DNA of 64,000 nt, from IMG/VR virus record IMGVR_UViG_3300017987_005501, one strand, 5' to 3'. Under the pieces are notes generated by a model. That model worked only from the letters and a program-made list of their open reading frames with translations. It searched no databases and was not told the DNA's origin. Position numbers and translations under genes: made by a program. This DNA comes from a virus (Duplodnaviria > Caudoviricetes). This document shows positions 18,671-29,335 of this stretch, piece by piece; the first letter of the stretch is position 1; the number at the start of each line of letters is the position of its first letter.

Positions 18671-20455
18671 TTAGTTTACAAAATGGTCATTTAGCCAATG
18701 AATTAAAATTTCTATTTCGTCTTTAATTAAATCAATCTGTTTAGGATCGATAAGTTCCAGATCAAATGTTAATGTGACATTAGTAAAAGCCCGATCGTTT
18801 TCGATATCTTTTTGGACAACCCCATTCCCAGAAATGTTATAATCAACATAACCAAATTTTCCATTTAAAAGTCGTTCTAACCTTTGTTGGAAAATTCTCG
18901 CAGCTTTTTTCAAGCTATCAAAATCAATACCTTTTTCACTAAATAAAGTTAATGAAAAGGCCGGCTTATAATCATCGTTTACTTGTTCAAAATCAAGAGA
19001 GTAACTATAATCAAGATCCCCTGAAGTTAACGACTTAATATGATCATAAATTTCTGCCTCGAAAACTTTTTTAGTAAATTCTGGAACATCGCTATGCTCT
19101 AATCTTTTAAGATCTATATCATCCCTTAAATTTTCCCATTGTTCATCTAGAACTTTTAAGGCTTCTTCCTTCCCTTTGATCTGATCTTCAAGGGAATTGA
19201 TTGCTTCCTTTAATTTATCTCGTTGGGACAGGATTGTATTTTCTTTTTTCTCGAGGGTTTTTACTGGTCCCTTATAACCACCCTTAAAAGCAAAAGAATC
19301 TGGAGAAACTCGTGCTAACTCCCCGTTTCCAACCGCCCCTGTGATAATCTCATCTATTTCTTCTTCCTCTATAGAATAATTTGTTTTTAGATGGTAACTA
19401 AGGTCATCCCGAGACATATTCTTTTTCTTTTGAAAAAGTTTCTTTAAGGAAGTTTTTGGATTAAACTTCTTTTTAGCCGCTACCTTTATCTTTTTTTCAG
19501 TAACTTCTTTTTTAAGAGAAGAAATAGTAGTTAATAATTGAAAAGCGGTTTTTATATTTTCTGGCAAATCTGGCCAAACTTCATCAAGTTTCCCTTTTAC
19601 GTCGTAATAAATATCCTTTTGATAATAATCCCGCATAATAACACTTTGAATCTTTGGAGAAACCCTTAATTTCTCAAGAGCCACCCAGGCAGCGTTTGAA
19701 TCCCGGATATTCATTTCATCGTAAAGTTTTGCCCTAACCGCATCAACTTCCGCTCGGAACTTTGATTGTGGGGTATCTTTATCTTTTGCAACGATATCTC
19801 TACCCGTATCCTCCTTAACTAAGGTTACAAGCATCGTTTCATAGTCATTGTAATCAATTTTACTTTGATATTTTCCGCTTTTCATACTCCAGATAACTTT
19901 CTCCAAAGCATCCCGCCACTTTACTTGAGAATGCCAACTAATATCGTCTGTTACGACTCCCCAAGGCCCCGTTTTAGCATATTTATCCAAGATCGGATCA
20001 ACATTCTCTTTTGCTGCCGCCATAATTGTTTCTAGGTCGCTGCGCATAACGTCTCTTTTATCTGTATAATCCGAATAGTATTTTGTTCTTTTATCAAAGA
20101 GAGGGAATGCTTCATAAACTGATTCCTCTGAGAATTCCTTCTCCCCATAAGCCTTCTTGATAAGCTTTGAAAGTTTGTTTGGTTCTTTTTTCAAAACGCC
20201 ATCCGATTTTCTTTTTTCTTCATCCTCTTCCTTGTCGGGGTCCTTTTCCTTCGGCCCCTCGTTTATTTTCTGTTGCCAAGGCTGACGACCTCTTTTTAAT
20301 GCAGAGACAGGTTTTCTATCTGTTTTCGGCCCGTCCCCATAAGGATTTCTCATATCCGGGTCGTTCTTATCCGTGTTAATCTTCGCAGCTTTTTCAAGGG
20401 TTGAGTTTTTTAACCCTTTCAAAGCCCTAAGTTTTTCTTCATTAGAGTGGTACAT
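18671..20455 (-). CDS. Large hypothetical protein downstream of portal
   Basis: 594 aa, Lys-rich; conserved motif upstream. Confidence 0.75.
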   Translation of the reverse strand: MYHSNEEKLRALKGLKNSTLEKAAKINTDKNDPDMRNPYGDGPKTDRKPVSALKRGRQPWQQKINEGPKEKDPDKEEDEEKRKSDGVLKKEPNKLSKLIKKAYGEKEFSEESVYEAFPLFDKRTKYYSDYTDKRDVMRSDLETIMAAAKENVDPILDKYAKTGPWGVVTDDISWHSQVKWRDALEKVIWSMKSGKYQSKIDYNDYETMLVTLVKEDTGRDIVAKDKDTPQSKFRAEVDAVRAKLYDEMNIRDSNAAWVALEKLRVSPKIQSVIMRDYYQKDIYYDVKGKLDEVWPDLPENIKTAFQLLTTISSLKKEVTEKKIKVAAKKKFNPKTSLKKLFQKKKNMSRDDLSYHLKTNYSIEEEEIDEIITGAVGNGELARVSPDSFAFKGGYKGPVKTLEKKENTILSQRDKLKEAINSLEDQIKGKEEALKVLDEQWENLRDDIDLKRLEHSDVPEFTKKVFEAEIYDHIKSLTSGDLDYSYSLDFEQVNDDYKPAFSLTLFSEKGIDFDSLKKAARIFQQRLERLLNGKFGYVDYNISGNGVVQKDIENDRAFTNVTLTFDLELIDPKQIDLIKDEIEILIHWLNDHFVN

Positions 20456-20509
20456 ACTTGAAATTCCAAAGCAGAACTATAGAATATCGTTCATGAATTA
20501 AGAAGATAT

Positions 20510-20522
20510 TAATGGATTATTA
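20510..20522 (-). promoter_or_regulatory. Conserved motif TAATAATCCATTA
   Basis: 55 nt upstream of the start at 20455. Confidence 0.6.
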
Positions 20523-20532
20523 TTTGTTACGA

Positions 20533-22599
20533 TTAGTCTTCTTCCTCTTTTTTCTTCGCATTTTTTTTGTATTCCAAGAACTCCTGATATTCTTTATCTT
20601 GAATTGTTCTGTACTCTTGGAATTCCTTAGAAAACTTTTTCGCGAGGAAATCAAGGAAATTGGAAGGTTCTGGGGAGTCCACAGAAGCCGTTTTGTCGAA
20701 CGCAAATCTTCCGAGTTCCCCTCCCTCTCCTTCGGCTTTTTGCTCAACCTCTTCCAACCCAAGGTTCTCTCTTAAAATTTCAACAATATTGCTTGATTGG
20801 ACGACTTGTTCAGCCGAACCATCGTAGAGTCGGGAAATAAGATCGTTAAACCTTGAATCATTCACCGTAAAGAGATCTTGCTCTAATTTTTCTTTTACGT
20901 CGTCTGAGTCAATATTCCATAGGTCCAGAATAAACTCGACTGGTAAGCTTCCTTTTTGATAAAGGGAAAAGAGTTGTTCATATAAATCGGCATTATCTCT
21001 AATTGCTAAACGGGTAAACTTAAGAGAAGGGACAATTGGATTAATTTTCCCATCAACAGGGTCAACCTCAACAAAACCCTTTTTAAAACAAATTGGCTTG
21101 AATACGTAATTTTCAACCCAGAACTTTAATTTTTCCCTAAAGTTAAGATAAATAGTATTCATTACCTCTAGGGTAATTCTATTCCCTCCATAAGTCCCTT
21201 CCCCGGTTAGGAGCTCCTTTGTAACTCCAAGCCCGACTAGGAGCCTTTTCTCTGTTTCTTCATATTCAGACCCAAGATCGAGAAGTCTTTCTCTTGCGCT
21301 GATTTGGTCCCAGTTAATTTGATAATTCGCAACAATTGCATAATCCGGATCAACTAAGGCTAGATCAACGTGCTCTCTTAATTCATCAACCTGGAAGTCG
21401 CTGAGCGTGTCACTCCAGACAATATGCTTCGGAGTTAATGCGCGATCTGCAATCATTGTTTGGGCCTGGCGTAATTTATCCCGATATAATAGGGTTCTTA
21501 AACATCTTTGTAGGATTGAAAGACCGAAATCTTCGTATTGGGACTTTCGGTTAGATAAATGATATACGTGAGACCCGGTTAGAGGGTCAGTATCCAGGGG
21601 GATGGGCTCCTGAGACTGGACCCTTTCAAGGATTGCTGGTGGGATATTATCAAGAATCTCTGAAACATCTTCATTAGAATCCCCTGTTTCAATTAATTTT
21701 CTCATAGAGTCAGAGGGTTGAAGCGAGATCTTAACCTCATCCGTAAAATCGAAAGATTCTAATAAAACTTGGTCTGGAGGAAGAACAATAATACGTTTCC
21801 AGCCTTTATAATCTATATTCTTAAAATTCCATTTTTTATATAGCTTATTTATCTTATCCTGCTTTTCTTTTTGCTCCGAATTATTTGATGGCTTTTCCTC
21901 AATTGCGCCGTCAACAAATTCTTCAATGTTTTGTTGAACCTCTTCAAAGTCGCTTTTTAGCTCCTCATCAATTTCGTTTTCTCCCCCAGAAAAATTATCA
22001 TCTAGGTAATCTGCAATTGCGTCGTCTTCGTCTTCGAAAGTAGTTCCTTCGGGCATATCCTCTTTTTCAAGATATTCAGGAACTGGATATTCATCTTCAA
22101 GTCCTTCTGTGTCTTCCTCAAGGAAAATAAAGCAATTTCCCTGCAACCAATATTCGTGAGCAATTTCTTGTAATCTCTCAAATAATCGGAGATGATCACA
22201 AATCCGCATAAAATATCTCCAGATATAATTTGCTTTTTCTCTATCCTGACATTTTGGTAATCCTAGGGTGACCTTACTTAAAGGGAGGTCACAGTGAATA
22301 TCAATTGCTCTTGAAATAATTTCGTCGTTCTCGTACCAATGTCGGTACCACTCTCTTCTTTCCTGGATAGACCGAGGTAACTCAAAGTAATCCGTACTAA
22401 GCTGTGGGGAGTAAAATGGAAAATTTCCACTCTGCATTAAGTCGACATCAGAAGCGGTTCTAATATTAAATTTTCCAAAAGTTGGTTTAGCTACCTTTGT
22501 AATTTTTCTATTAGGGGAGGAACCTAGAGGACGGGAATCCCCTTGATTTCCCGGTGTTTTTTCGGATGAGCGACGTTTTCGTCTTACATCGTCTGCCAT
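20533..22599 (-). CDS. Portal protein
   Basis: 688 aa near TerL; W...D.II..AIDIH..LP, H...R.S.YE..G.SILQRCLRTL, L.V..ELL.GE..YG patterns typical of large-phage portals. Confidence 0.75.
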   Translation of the reverse strand: MADDVRRKRRSSEKTPGNQGDSRPLGSSPNRKITKVAKPTFGKFNIRTASDVDLMQSGNFPFYSPQLSTDYFELPRSIQERREWYRHWYENDEIISRAIDIHCDLPLSKVTLGLPKCQDREKANYIWRYFMRICDHLRLFERLQEIAHEYWLQGNCFIFLEEDTEGLEDEYPVPEYLEKEDMPEGTTFEDEDDAIADYLDDNFSGGENEIDEELKSDFEEVQQNIEEFVDGAIEEKPSNNSEQKEKQDKINKLYKKWNFKNIDYKGWKRIIVLPPDQVLLESFDFTDEVKISLQPSDSMRKLIETGDSNEDVSEILDNIPPAILERVQSQEPIPLDTDPLTGSHVYHLSNRKSQYEDFGLSILQRCLRTLLYRDKLRQAQTMIADRALTPKHIVWSDTLSDFQVDELREHVDLALVDPDYAIVANYQINWDQISARERLLDLGSEYEETEKRLLVGLGVTKELLTGEGTYGGNRITLEVMNTIYLNFREKLKFWVENYVFKPICFKKGFVEVDPVDGKINPIVPSLKFTRLAIRDNADLYEQLFSLYQKGSLPVEFILDLWNIDSDDVKEKLEQDLFTVNDSRFNDLISRLYDGSAEQVVQSSNIVEILRENLGLEEVEQKAEGEGGELGRFAFDKTASVDSPEPSNFLDFLAKKFSKEFQEYRTIQDKEYQEFLEYKKNAKKKEEED

Positions 22600-22603
22600 C
22601 TAT

Positions 22604-22930
22604 TTACTCCATTTCATCAAACAACGATAATCCTAAAATTTCGTCGTCATCGTCTTTGGTCTTCTTTTTGAAAAACTTTTTTTTGCGAGCGACTTTTTCA
22701 TCGTTAGGGGTTCCAAGAGCTTGTAATCGTAGAAGAGCCTGTTTACTAATTCCTAGATTTCTTAAATTAAGAGAAGCCGCCCCCCGAATCTCTTCAAATC
22801 TAAGATCGCGCGAGATAGCAATTACATCTCTATAAGCCTTTTGAATCCCCTCAAATTTTTGAATTATATCAATTTGCTCATGTTCAATAAAAGCTAAAAT
22901 ATCTTCTAAATCCTTATTTTTTCTAGTCAT
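22604..22930 (-). CDS. Hypothetical protein
   Basis: 108 aa between terL and portal. Confidence 0.7.
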   Translation of the reverse strand: MTRKNKDLEDILAFIEHEQIDIIQKFEGIQKAYRDVIAISRDLRFEEIRGAASLNLRNLGISKQALLRLQALGTPNDEKVARKKKFFKKKTKDDDDEILGLSLFDEME

Positions 22931-23243
22931 TTTTTCGCCTTAGATTAAAAGCAATCTTAAATAATTGTAGACTAGCATGCTTCGTCCCAACTTTTAACTC
23001 TGGAGGAGGATAAGCTAGTATCGCATTCCTACATAATTGAATCAAAGTATAATAGGCATCAGGGTTACTGGTTTCAACAAATTCATTTATTAATCCTTCC
23101 CGGGTCCATTTTGGAAATAATTTTTCCCAACTATCCTTAATATAACGATAATGCTCCCTTTTAATCTTTTTTACACCCATTTGGTTCTGAAATACGAAAT
23201 TAATTATTTCTTTCACTTGCTTTGGGAAATATTTTCGAGACAT
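22923..23243 (-). CDS. Hypothetical protein
   Basis: 106 aa, coupled to terL. Confidence 0.7.
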   Translation of the reverse strand: MSRKYFPKQVKEIINFVFQNQMGVKKIKREHYRYIKDSWEKLFPKWTREGLINEFVETSNPDAYYTLIQLCRNAILAYPPPELKVGTKHASLQLFKIAFNLRRKND

Positions 23244-23244
23244 T

Positions 23245-25026
23245 TTAGTGTCCTCTTCTTAAGGGACCTAGGTTTCTTCTCGGAAGACCTCGCTTTGGCC
23301 TCTTTCCGGCACCAGCAATTGTTCCACGAGACATACTGGAACTTCCTGACATTCTAACGTTTGAATTGCCTTTTTCTAAATCTTCATAGGCTAAGGCTAC
23401 CATTCGAGCCAAGGCGTCGCTTAAGTCGTCTTTCCACCCGCCCGAATTAGGCTTATTAACCCTTTCAACATAATCACTTACAACCTTTCTCTGAAGATGC
23501 CGTAATTCTTGAATCATCTCTTCATCGTAGTAAAGTTTGATTTTTTTATCCATTAAAAGTTTTCTAAACATTTTATATTGGTCAGACTTTTTTCTTTCAG
23601 AGACAGCAAATCTTCTTATTGTTTTTAAGCCTCGTCTTGCGAGACCTTGTTCGAAACTAAATCCTTCTTCCTGGTCAAAGATACCCGCTTTAATATAGAA
23701 TCGATTATTTAGATTTTGAATATAATCTAAAAGTTTTTCTGTATCTAAAACTTTAGTGCCACCTTCAAAGTCGGTATTAACGAAATCAATATCATCCTTA
23801 TTTTTGGGGCTAATTACTCGATGAAAATCCAATTCTATTTGATTCTCTTCATTTACGTGTCCAATTGCAATCGCGGTTCCATCTTCTGTAAAAGCTAGGT
23901 CTACCCCCATGTAATGGGGGACCCCAGGTCTTCCCATTTGTTTTTGTCCTTGGTCTGGGTCAATACATTGCATTAAAAATTGGCTATCTCCAATCCAACT
24001 AGTAATTTCGTCAGTGAATTTGGCACCATACTCACAGGCAAAAACGGCTGGGTCTTTTGACTTTTGGAGCTTTTTCATTTCTTCAATTCCTGCATCGGAT
24101 TGAAAAATGCTATTAACTTCCCACGTGGGGGCTTGAATTACTAAGGCAGCAGTTTCATCCACCGTGTTTTCTAAAGCATGAATATATTGTTCCCAAAAAA
24201 CCCCTGATTTCCCCAAAGGGCTACTAATCAAGATTACTTTACCATCAATTTTTCCTTCGGGGTTAATAAAAGTTTTTGTTGAGGGCTCAATTGCTTCAAA
24301 AACATTTCTATCGCTTGCGTCTGATTTTGCTTCCGCAATAAAGTGGGCAATTTCGTCAATAATTGCAACAATATTTGAAGCCCCCCGCAAACCTTTACCC
24401 TGACAACTTTTAACCCTTACGTGAATGGAAGGAACAGTATCGAACTTTTTATCATATTCTGTTTTAAAGGTCTGGAACAGAGATGCGTTATTTGAAACAT
24501 ATTTACCGAAGAAGGGGCAATCATTATAATGTGAGCGCATTTCATCGAAAACTTCTTTTGCTTGCTCTTTCCCCGTAGCAACACAAGTAATACTAATCTT
24601 TGTGTTTTTCTTTACGCCATAAAAGTCGTGCGGATTTTCTAAGTTTAGTAACCGATATGTTTCGTAAGATGCAATGGAAGAAGTAATTAGGGACTTTCCA
24701 CTTCTTCTACCGCAAATTAGAATTAGTTTATTTTTATGTTTTAAAACATCATCATGACTTCTTAAGTTAGTTCTATTCTCTTTTGAAAGATGATGTAGGT
24801 ATTCCATTTCAGTTAAGGTATCAATTAAATTAAATTTATCATCGTAAACCTTAATTGTTCTATTGACAGCATCGAGAGGTAACCCATAAAAGCATTTCAA
24901 AATAAATTTCTGCACTGGGAATAGCTGCCATCCCAAACCCCAAGAGCTTTCAATATAATCAATAATAGGCTTGATCTGCCCTGCTTTGCCTTTTCTAAAT
25001 TGTCTAACTCTGTCTGCTACCCCCAC
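23245..25026 (-). CDS. terL: Terminase large subunit
   Basis: Walker A CGRRSGKS, Walker B IIDE, ISSP, nuclease YMGVDLA and DDLSDA. Confidence 0.9.
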   Translation of the reverse strand: MGVADRVRQFRKGKAGQIKPIIDYIESSWGLGWQLFPVQKFILKCFYGLPLDAVNRTIKVYDDKFNLIDTLTEMEYLHHLSKENRTNLRSHDDVLKHKNKLILICGRRSGKSLITSSIASYETYRLLNLENPHDFYGVKKNTKISITCVATGKEQAKEVFDEMRSHYNDCPFFGKYVSNNASLFQTFKTEYDKKFDTVPSIHVRVKSCQGKGLRGASNIVAIIDEIAHFIAEAKSDASDRNVFEAIEPSTKTFINPEGKIDGKVILISSPLGKSGVFWEQYIHALENTVDETAALVIQAPTWEVNSIFQSDAGIEEMKKLQKSKDPAVFACEYGAKFTDEITSWIGDSQFLMQCIDPDQGQKQMGRPGVPHYMGVDLAFTEDGTAIAIGHVNEENQIELDFHRVISPKNKDDIDFVNTDFEGGTKVLDTEKLLDYIQNLNNRFYIKAGIFDQEEGFSFEQGLARRGLKTIRRFAVSERKKSDQYKMFRKLLMDKKIKLYYDEEMIQELRHLQRKVVSDYVERVNKPNSGGWKDDLSDALARMVALAYEDLEKGNSNVRMSGSSSMSRGTIAGAGKRPKRGLPRRNLGPLRRGH

Positions 25027-25845
25027 CTATTTTCTCCTTGCTTCTGCTAGAAAATCTACCCGGGCTAAGATCTCATTAAATTTTTCTTTTTCACTCCCTT
25101 CAAGCGATTCAGAAATTTGCTCTAATTCTTTTCTGCTAGTTGCAAAAAATCTCTTAAAGTGGTTTCTAAATAACGAATAATATTTATCGTATTCCAGTAA
25201 CATTAGTAGCATAATGCTAAGGTCGACCTTTGAAATTAATTCTGCCGGGATATCAGAACTTGTAAATTGTTTTAAGAAAGGACTTGCTGCGTATAATAAG
25301 GCATTTCTAAAAACTTTCTCAGATGAACCCCCAGTAATAATTGTTTCGCTTTGGAATTCTTCTAGGATGTCATGGAGTTCGCTTTCGTCTATTTTTTCTC
25401 CTCGCGCTTCTAATTCCTTCTTGGCTTCCTCAAGCTCTTCTTGTTTTTCTAGAGGAAAATCCCTCCATTTTTTTGAGAGATCTTCCTTAAAGTCTTCTTT
25501 AGATAAAAGGTGTTTAAGGATTTCTTTGTTTCTGTGATCGCTTAAAAAACTTAAGATCCCTGATTCCATATCAAATCCAGCAACCCCATCTAAACCTAAT
25601 TCATCTTTAATATAATAGGATAATAATTTATCGAAAAACTCTTTTTGAGGAATAAGGTTATATTCAAATGGGAAAGCCGCCTTAAATAAATCCTGGGCAT
25701 CTATTGCATCGATTATAATATTTAGATAATCCTCTTTGGATAAATCCTCCTTTTTATTAGGTTCTTCTAAAATTATTTGTTCCTGTGGCTCCTCATCTAA
25801 AAGCATCTCAGCAATTTTTCGGAGCTTAAGATATGCATATTTCAT
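25027..25845 (-). CDS. Hypothetical protein
   Basis: 272 aa, coupled to terL. Confidence 0.7.
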   Translation of the reverse strand: MKYAYLKLRKIAEMLLDEEPQEQIILEEPNKKEDLSKEDYLNIIIDAIDAQDLFKAAFPFEYNLIPQKEFFDKLLSYYIKDELGLDGVAGFDMESGILSFLSDHRNKEILKHLLSKEDFKEDLSKKWRDFPLEKQEELEEAKKELEARGEKIDESELHDILEEFQSETIITGGSSEKVFRNALLYAASPFLKQFTSSDIPAELISKVDLSIMLLMLLEYDKYYSLFRNHFKRFFATSRKELEQISESLEGSEKEKFNEILARVDFLAEARRK

Positions 25846-25846
25846 G

Positions 25847-26335
25847 TTACTTTGAACCTTTTGCTCTTAATTCCTTTCTATAGTCTTTCTCTAAAGAATC
25901 AAGGGCGTTTCCAAATTCAGTGAATACAGTTGATTTATGTTCCTCGTCCAGCCTTGCTTGTTCGAGAGCATCTTCTAACCTTACCAGCATAAGATCCAAA
26001 AGAATTTTAAATCCATCGCTTTGAAGATTTATTTCGTTCGAAGACAAAGCTCGGTGGAGACTTAAGGATAAATCGCCCATTTGCTTAACAATATCAGCAA
26101 TTTTTTTGCTTAAAGTAATTTGTTTATCAGCCTCTAAAGATTCTTGTTCTCTTAAAATTTCCAAGTATGCTTTTTCTCTGGAGGCTTGAAAAAGAATTTC
26201 TTTAATTAATTCTTCTTCCGTGTATGCTTTTTTCTTTGCCAGCCGTACAAGGGGGTCCTTATTAATTCTAGACTCAATATCCCGTTTTAAATTAAGATCT
26301 TCTGGAACTTCGTGTGTTCTTCTTTGTTTACCCAT
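25847..26335 (-). CDS. Helical protein, possible terminase small subunit
   Basis: 162 aa; first gene after a terminator and two genes upstream of terL; positional inference only. Confidence 0.4.
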   Translation of the reverse strand: MGKQRRTHEVPEDLNLKRDIESRINKDPLVRLAKKKAYTEEELIKEILFQASREKAYLEILREQESLEADKQITLSKKIADIVKQMGDLSLSLHRALSSNEINLQSDGFKILLDLMLVRLEDALEQARLDEEHKSTVFTEFGNALDSLEKDYRKELRAKGSK

Positions 26336-26355
26336 AACACTCTTAACCCCTTCAT

Positions 26356-26389
26356 AAAAACAGACTCTTTGTAGAAGAGCCTATTTTTT
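26356..26389 (-). terminator. Probable intrinsic terminator
   Basis: Minus strand reads aggctctt-ctaca-aagagtct followed by gttttt. Confidence 0.5.
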
Positions 26390-26404
26390 CAATTTAAATA
26401 ATTC

Positions 26405-29323
26405 TTAATCCAGGTAATCACTTATATCTAAACCTCCAGAATCGGTATCTACATTAACATCGAAATCTGATTTAACTTCAAATTGATCTATATCAGACTC
26501 TAGCTGCACTGGTGGTTTTTCTTTTTCCTGAACGACTGAAACGTCGTATGTATACTTCTGAATTGTACTTGCAATTATTTTATCCAGCTCAAATTTTGGA
26601 AGTTGTGAAGCATATTTTCTATAAATTAGCTCAATATTAACCCCACTTAAGAGATCAGTTTCGATATTCTTAGCAATTTTGCTAACTGCCAATTTTTCTT
26701 TTCTAATGGGGGCTTCTCCAGTATGCTTTAATCCTCCAACTTTTACTTTTTTCTGCTTCTTATATCTAAAGGCACTTTGAATTACCTTCTTAGGATCATT
26801 TGAAGCTACCTTGTAATTTGCATCAAGTCTATTATTCCCGTTAAGTAAATTAATATAGCTCTTTGCTAATTCCGGGGTATAATTAACTTCTGAAACTAGT
26901 GGTCTTTTAATGAGGCTACAATATTTTCCTGCCTTATTATAAACACAACCAGCGCATTTGGAACTTGCTTGGACGTTACTCACATGGGCTGCTTTTCTAA
27001 TATATTCAGCTTGTTTATGACAATCCCCCCCATTAAAGATTGGGTTAACATAAACGTTTCCAAGGACAACATCTTCAGATGCTAATTTTGAAATTTCTGC
27101 TTTTGCCCAACCTAGAGCTTCTTGATCAAAATTCTGTTTAAGTATCTGAGCTAGCTCTGAACCATATTTTCCGTTATTCATATGGAATAGCATAGAAGTT
27201 TTAACTAGGTCAACTGTTGCCTTTTTATCCCTTATAACTTGTTTTTCTTCCCTTGGCGTTACTTGGACGCCACCAGTTCTTATCTCTTTTTGGGGTTTAG
27301 AAGTATAAGCAAGCCTCAACATTTCGCGGATGTCCTTAATTCTTGCTAATTCAGAGATTTGCTTCGAACCTAACTTTTTATTCTGTTGAAGCCAAAGTAG
27401 GTGTTCTTTTGCTATTTTAACCCAATCAATATCTGCAGAGGCAACTTTAATCGAAGATCCAAAATTTTGAACTTTCCCAAGAATATCTTTTTTATAAGAA
27501 GTGCAACGACCACCCTTATTGAAAGGACACCCGGAACATTTAGAAGCAACTTTTACGAAAGCAAGTTTTGCCTTTTTATTTGCTTCTTTTGCTCCCTCTT
27601 TACAGTCGGTATAGTTATCTGGATCAATATAGACATTACCCAGGAGCCCTAATTCCTCGGAAGCTTCCTGGAGAGCATGCTTTTCCTGAAGAATTTCTTG
27701 TGCTCCAAATTTTTGTTTAATCGTATTATGAATCTGTTCTGCAGATTTTCCCCGATGCATTTCTTTTTTAAAGAAATCTGTAATTGGGGTTGGGAGCTTA
27801 TAAGATTCTGTTTTATGTATTTTTAAAGGTAAAGGTTTATTTTGAACCCCGCCTTCTTTAATTTCCTTCTTTTGATGCAAGAAAGCGTCTTTAATTGTCC
27901 CGAGGCTTGCTTCCTTAGTTAAGAATTGTTTTTTATCGGTGGAGGTTAACCGTTTTGCCTGGTAAAGGTTTTCAATAATAGATGGATACAGTTTAGTAAT
28001 ATCCAAATCCGATAAGTTAGCAGTTATTGTTTTATTGAAAAGAGAACAGGTGTTACAATTTCTATGGACGCAGGTACTGCAATTTGGAGTCGACCCAATA
28101 AATGGAGCGTTGCGAGCGTTTGCAGTTTTAGTTAGCTCCCCTTTTGCCGCTTTACAGTTCCAGTTCCAAGGGGAAGACGTAATATAGAGGTTACCTAATA
28201 ATCCTTGTTCATCCAATAAGGACCCTAAATTCTTTCCAAATTTCTTTAATGTTTTTACCCCAAACTTAGAAGCAATTCTTTTTCCAAGCTCCTTACCCGT
28301 AAAACCTTGTTGGATTTGCTTAGAAGTAAAATCCCAAATAGGTTTTAAGTCCCTCTGATGCTTTAAGGCTTTTTCTAACTCTGCTTTATTTGAAGCTGTC
28401 TTTTTAAGTTCATCTACAGCATTATCTATTTCTTCCTTTGATAGCTCTTTCCATTCAGGGTAACCTTGCACTCCGCCGATTTTTATTTCTTCTGGTGTTT
28501 CGTGTACAAACGCAAGTTGTAGGGCTTTCTCTGGGTTTTCGCTATTTTTAATAGAGTCAACATGAGACGAATCAATTTTCCCAGTAGTTAAAAGTTTCTG
28601 GGTAAACATATTGATTAATGCTGGGTCGTAATTTAAGTTTGAAACAATAGTTTTGTTAAATTTAGCACAACTACCATTCTGGTTGAAAACGCACCCCTGG
28701 CACTCAGGCATTTCTTTAAGATAAGGAGCATCATTCATAACTCCTCTTAATTCCCGAGCCCCTTCCTCACAGCTTTTTGGTGGTTTCGCTACAGAAGAGA
28801 TAAAAATAGATGGATCAATATAAACATTCCCTAAAAGCCCGTATTCCTGCTCAACTAAATAGTTTATTGAAGGTATTGCTTGTTCCAGAGCTTCCATAGG
28901 ATAATGTTGATTAAATTCAGCAAAAATATCATTTAGGTCATTTCCTAATTGCACTTTCCGCCTAAAGGAATAAATAATATGCCCGACTAGCTCCAGCATT
29001 TCTTCGCTGCTAGCTTCCTTGTTTTGAGTAGTTGGCAAACTTCTATGAGAATCTTCATAAAAATTTAAAACTGGTAACCCCTCATAGCGATGAATTGAGG
29101 TAGTATGGTCCCAGAGATCTTCGAGCTGAGGAACACTATTTAAGCTTTTTTGAACATCTGGAAGGGTTTGGTGCTTGTTATAATTTCTGGGATCTACTTC
29201 TAACCAAGAACCATCCCAAACGGCCCGTGCTATTTTGCTTCCATAAAATTCTGTTAAATCGAGAGGTTGATTATCTATTTTTCCCTCGTCGAAAAAATTA
29301 GAAAGGTCGCCTGCGCTTGCCAT
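26405..29323 (-). CDS. 972 aa protein with four ~190-aa Cys-containing repeats
   Basis: 4x G(L/V)LGN(V/L)Y...C....CxxC..N...C...K.....GG(V/L). Confidence 0.85.
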   Translation of the reverse strand: MASAGDLSNFFDEGKIDNQPLDLTEFYGSKIARAVWDGSWLEVDPRNYNKHQTLPDVQKSLNSVPQLEDLWDHTTSIHRYEGLPVLNFYEDSHRSLPTTQNKEASSEEMLELVGHIIYSFRRKVQLGNDLNDIFAEFNQHYPMEALEQAIPSINYLVEQEYGLLGNVYIDPSIFISSVAKPPKSCEEGARELRGVMNDAPYLKEMPECQGCVFNQNGSCAKFNKTIVSNLNYDPALINMFTQKLLTTGKIDSSHVDSIKNSENPEKALQLAFVHETPEEIKIGGVQGYPEWKELSKEEIDNAVDELKKTASNKAELEKALKHQRDLKPIWDFTSKQIQQGFTGKELGKRIASKFGVKTLKKFGKNLGSLLDEQGLLGNLYITSSPWNWNCKAAKGELTKTANARNAPFIGSTPNCSTCVHRNCNTCSLFNKTITANLSDLDITKLYPSIIENLYQAKRLTSTDKKQFLTKEASLGTIKDAFLHQKKEIKEGGVQNKPLPLKIHKTESYKLPTPITDFFKKEMHRGKSAEQIHNTIKQKFGAQEILQEKHALQEASEELGLLGNVYIDPDNYTDCKEGAKEANKKAKLAFVKVASKCSGCPFNKGGRCTSYKKDILGKVQNFGSSIKVASADIDWVKIAKEHLLWLQQNKKLGSKQISELARIKDIREMLRLAYTSKPQKEIRTGGVQVTPREEKQVIRDKKATVDLVKTSMLFHMNNGKYGSELAQILKQNFDQEALGWAKAEISKLASEDVVLGNVYVNPIFNGGDCHKQAEYIRKAAHVSNVQASSKCAGCVYNKAGKYCSLIKRPLVSEVNYTPELAKSYINLLNGNNRLDANYKVASNDPKKVIQSAFRYKKQKKVKVGGLKHTGEAPIRKEKLAVSKIAKNIETDLLSGVNIELIYRKYASQLPKFELDKIIASTIQKYTYDVSVVQEKEKPPVQLESDIDQFEVKSDFDVNVDTDSGGLDISDYLD

Positions 29324-29335
29324 CTAAAATTACTC

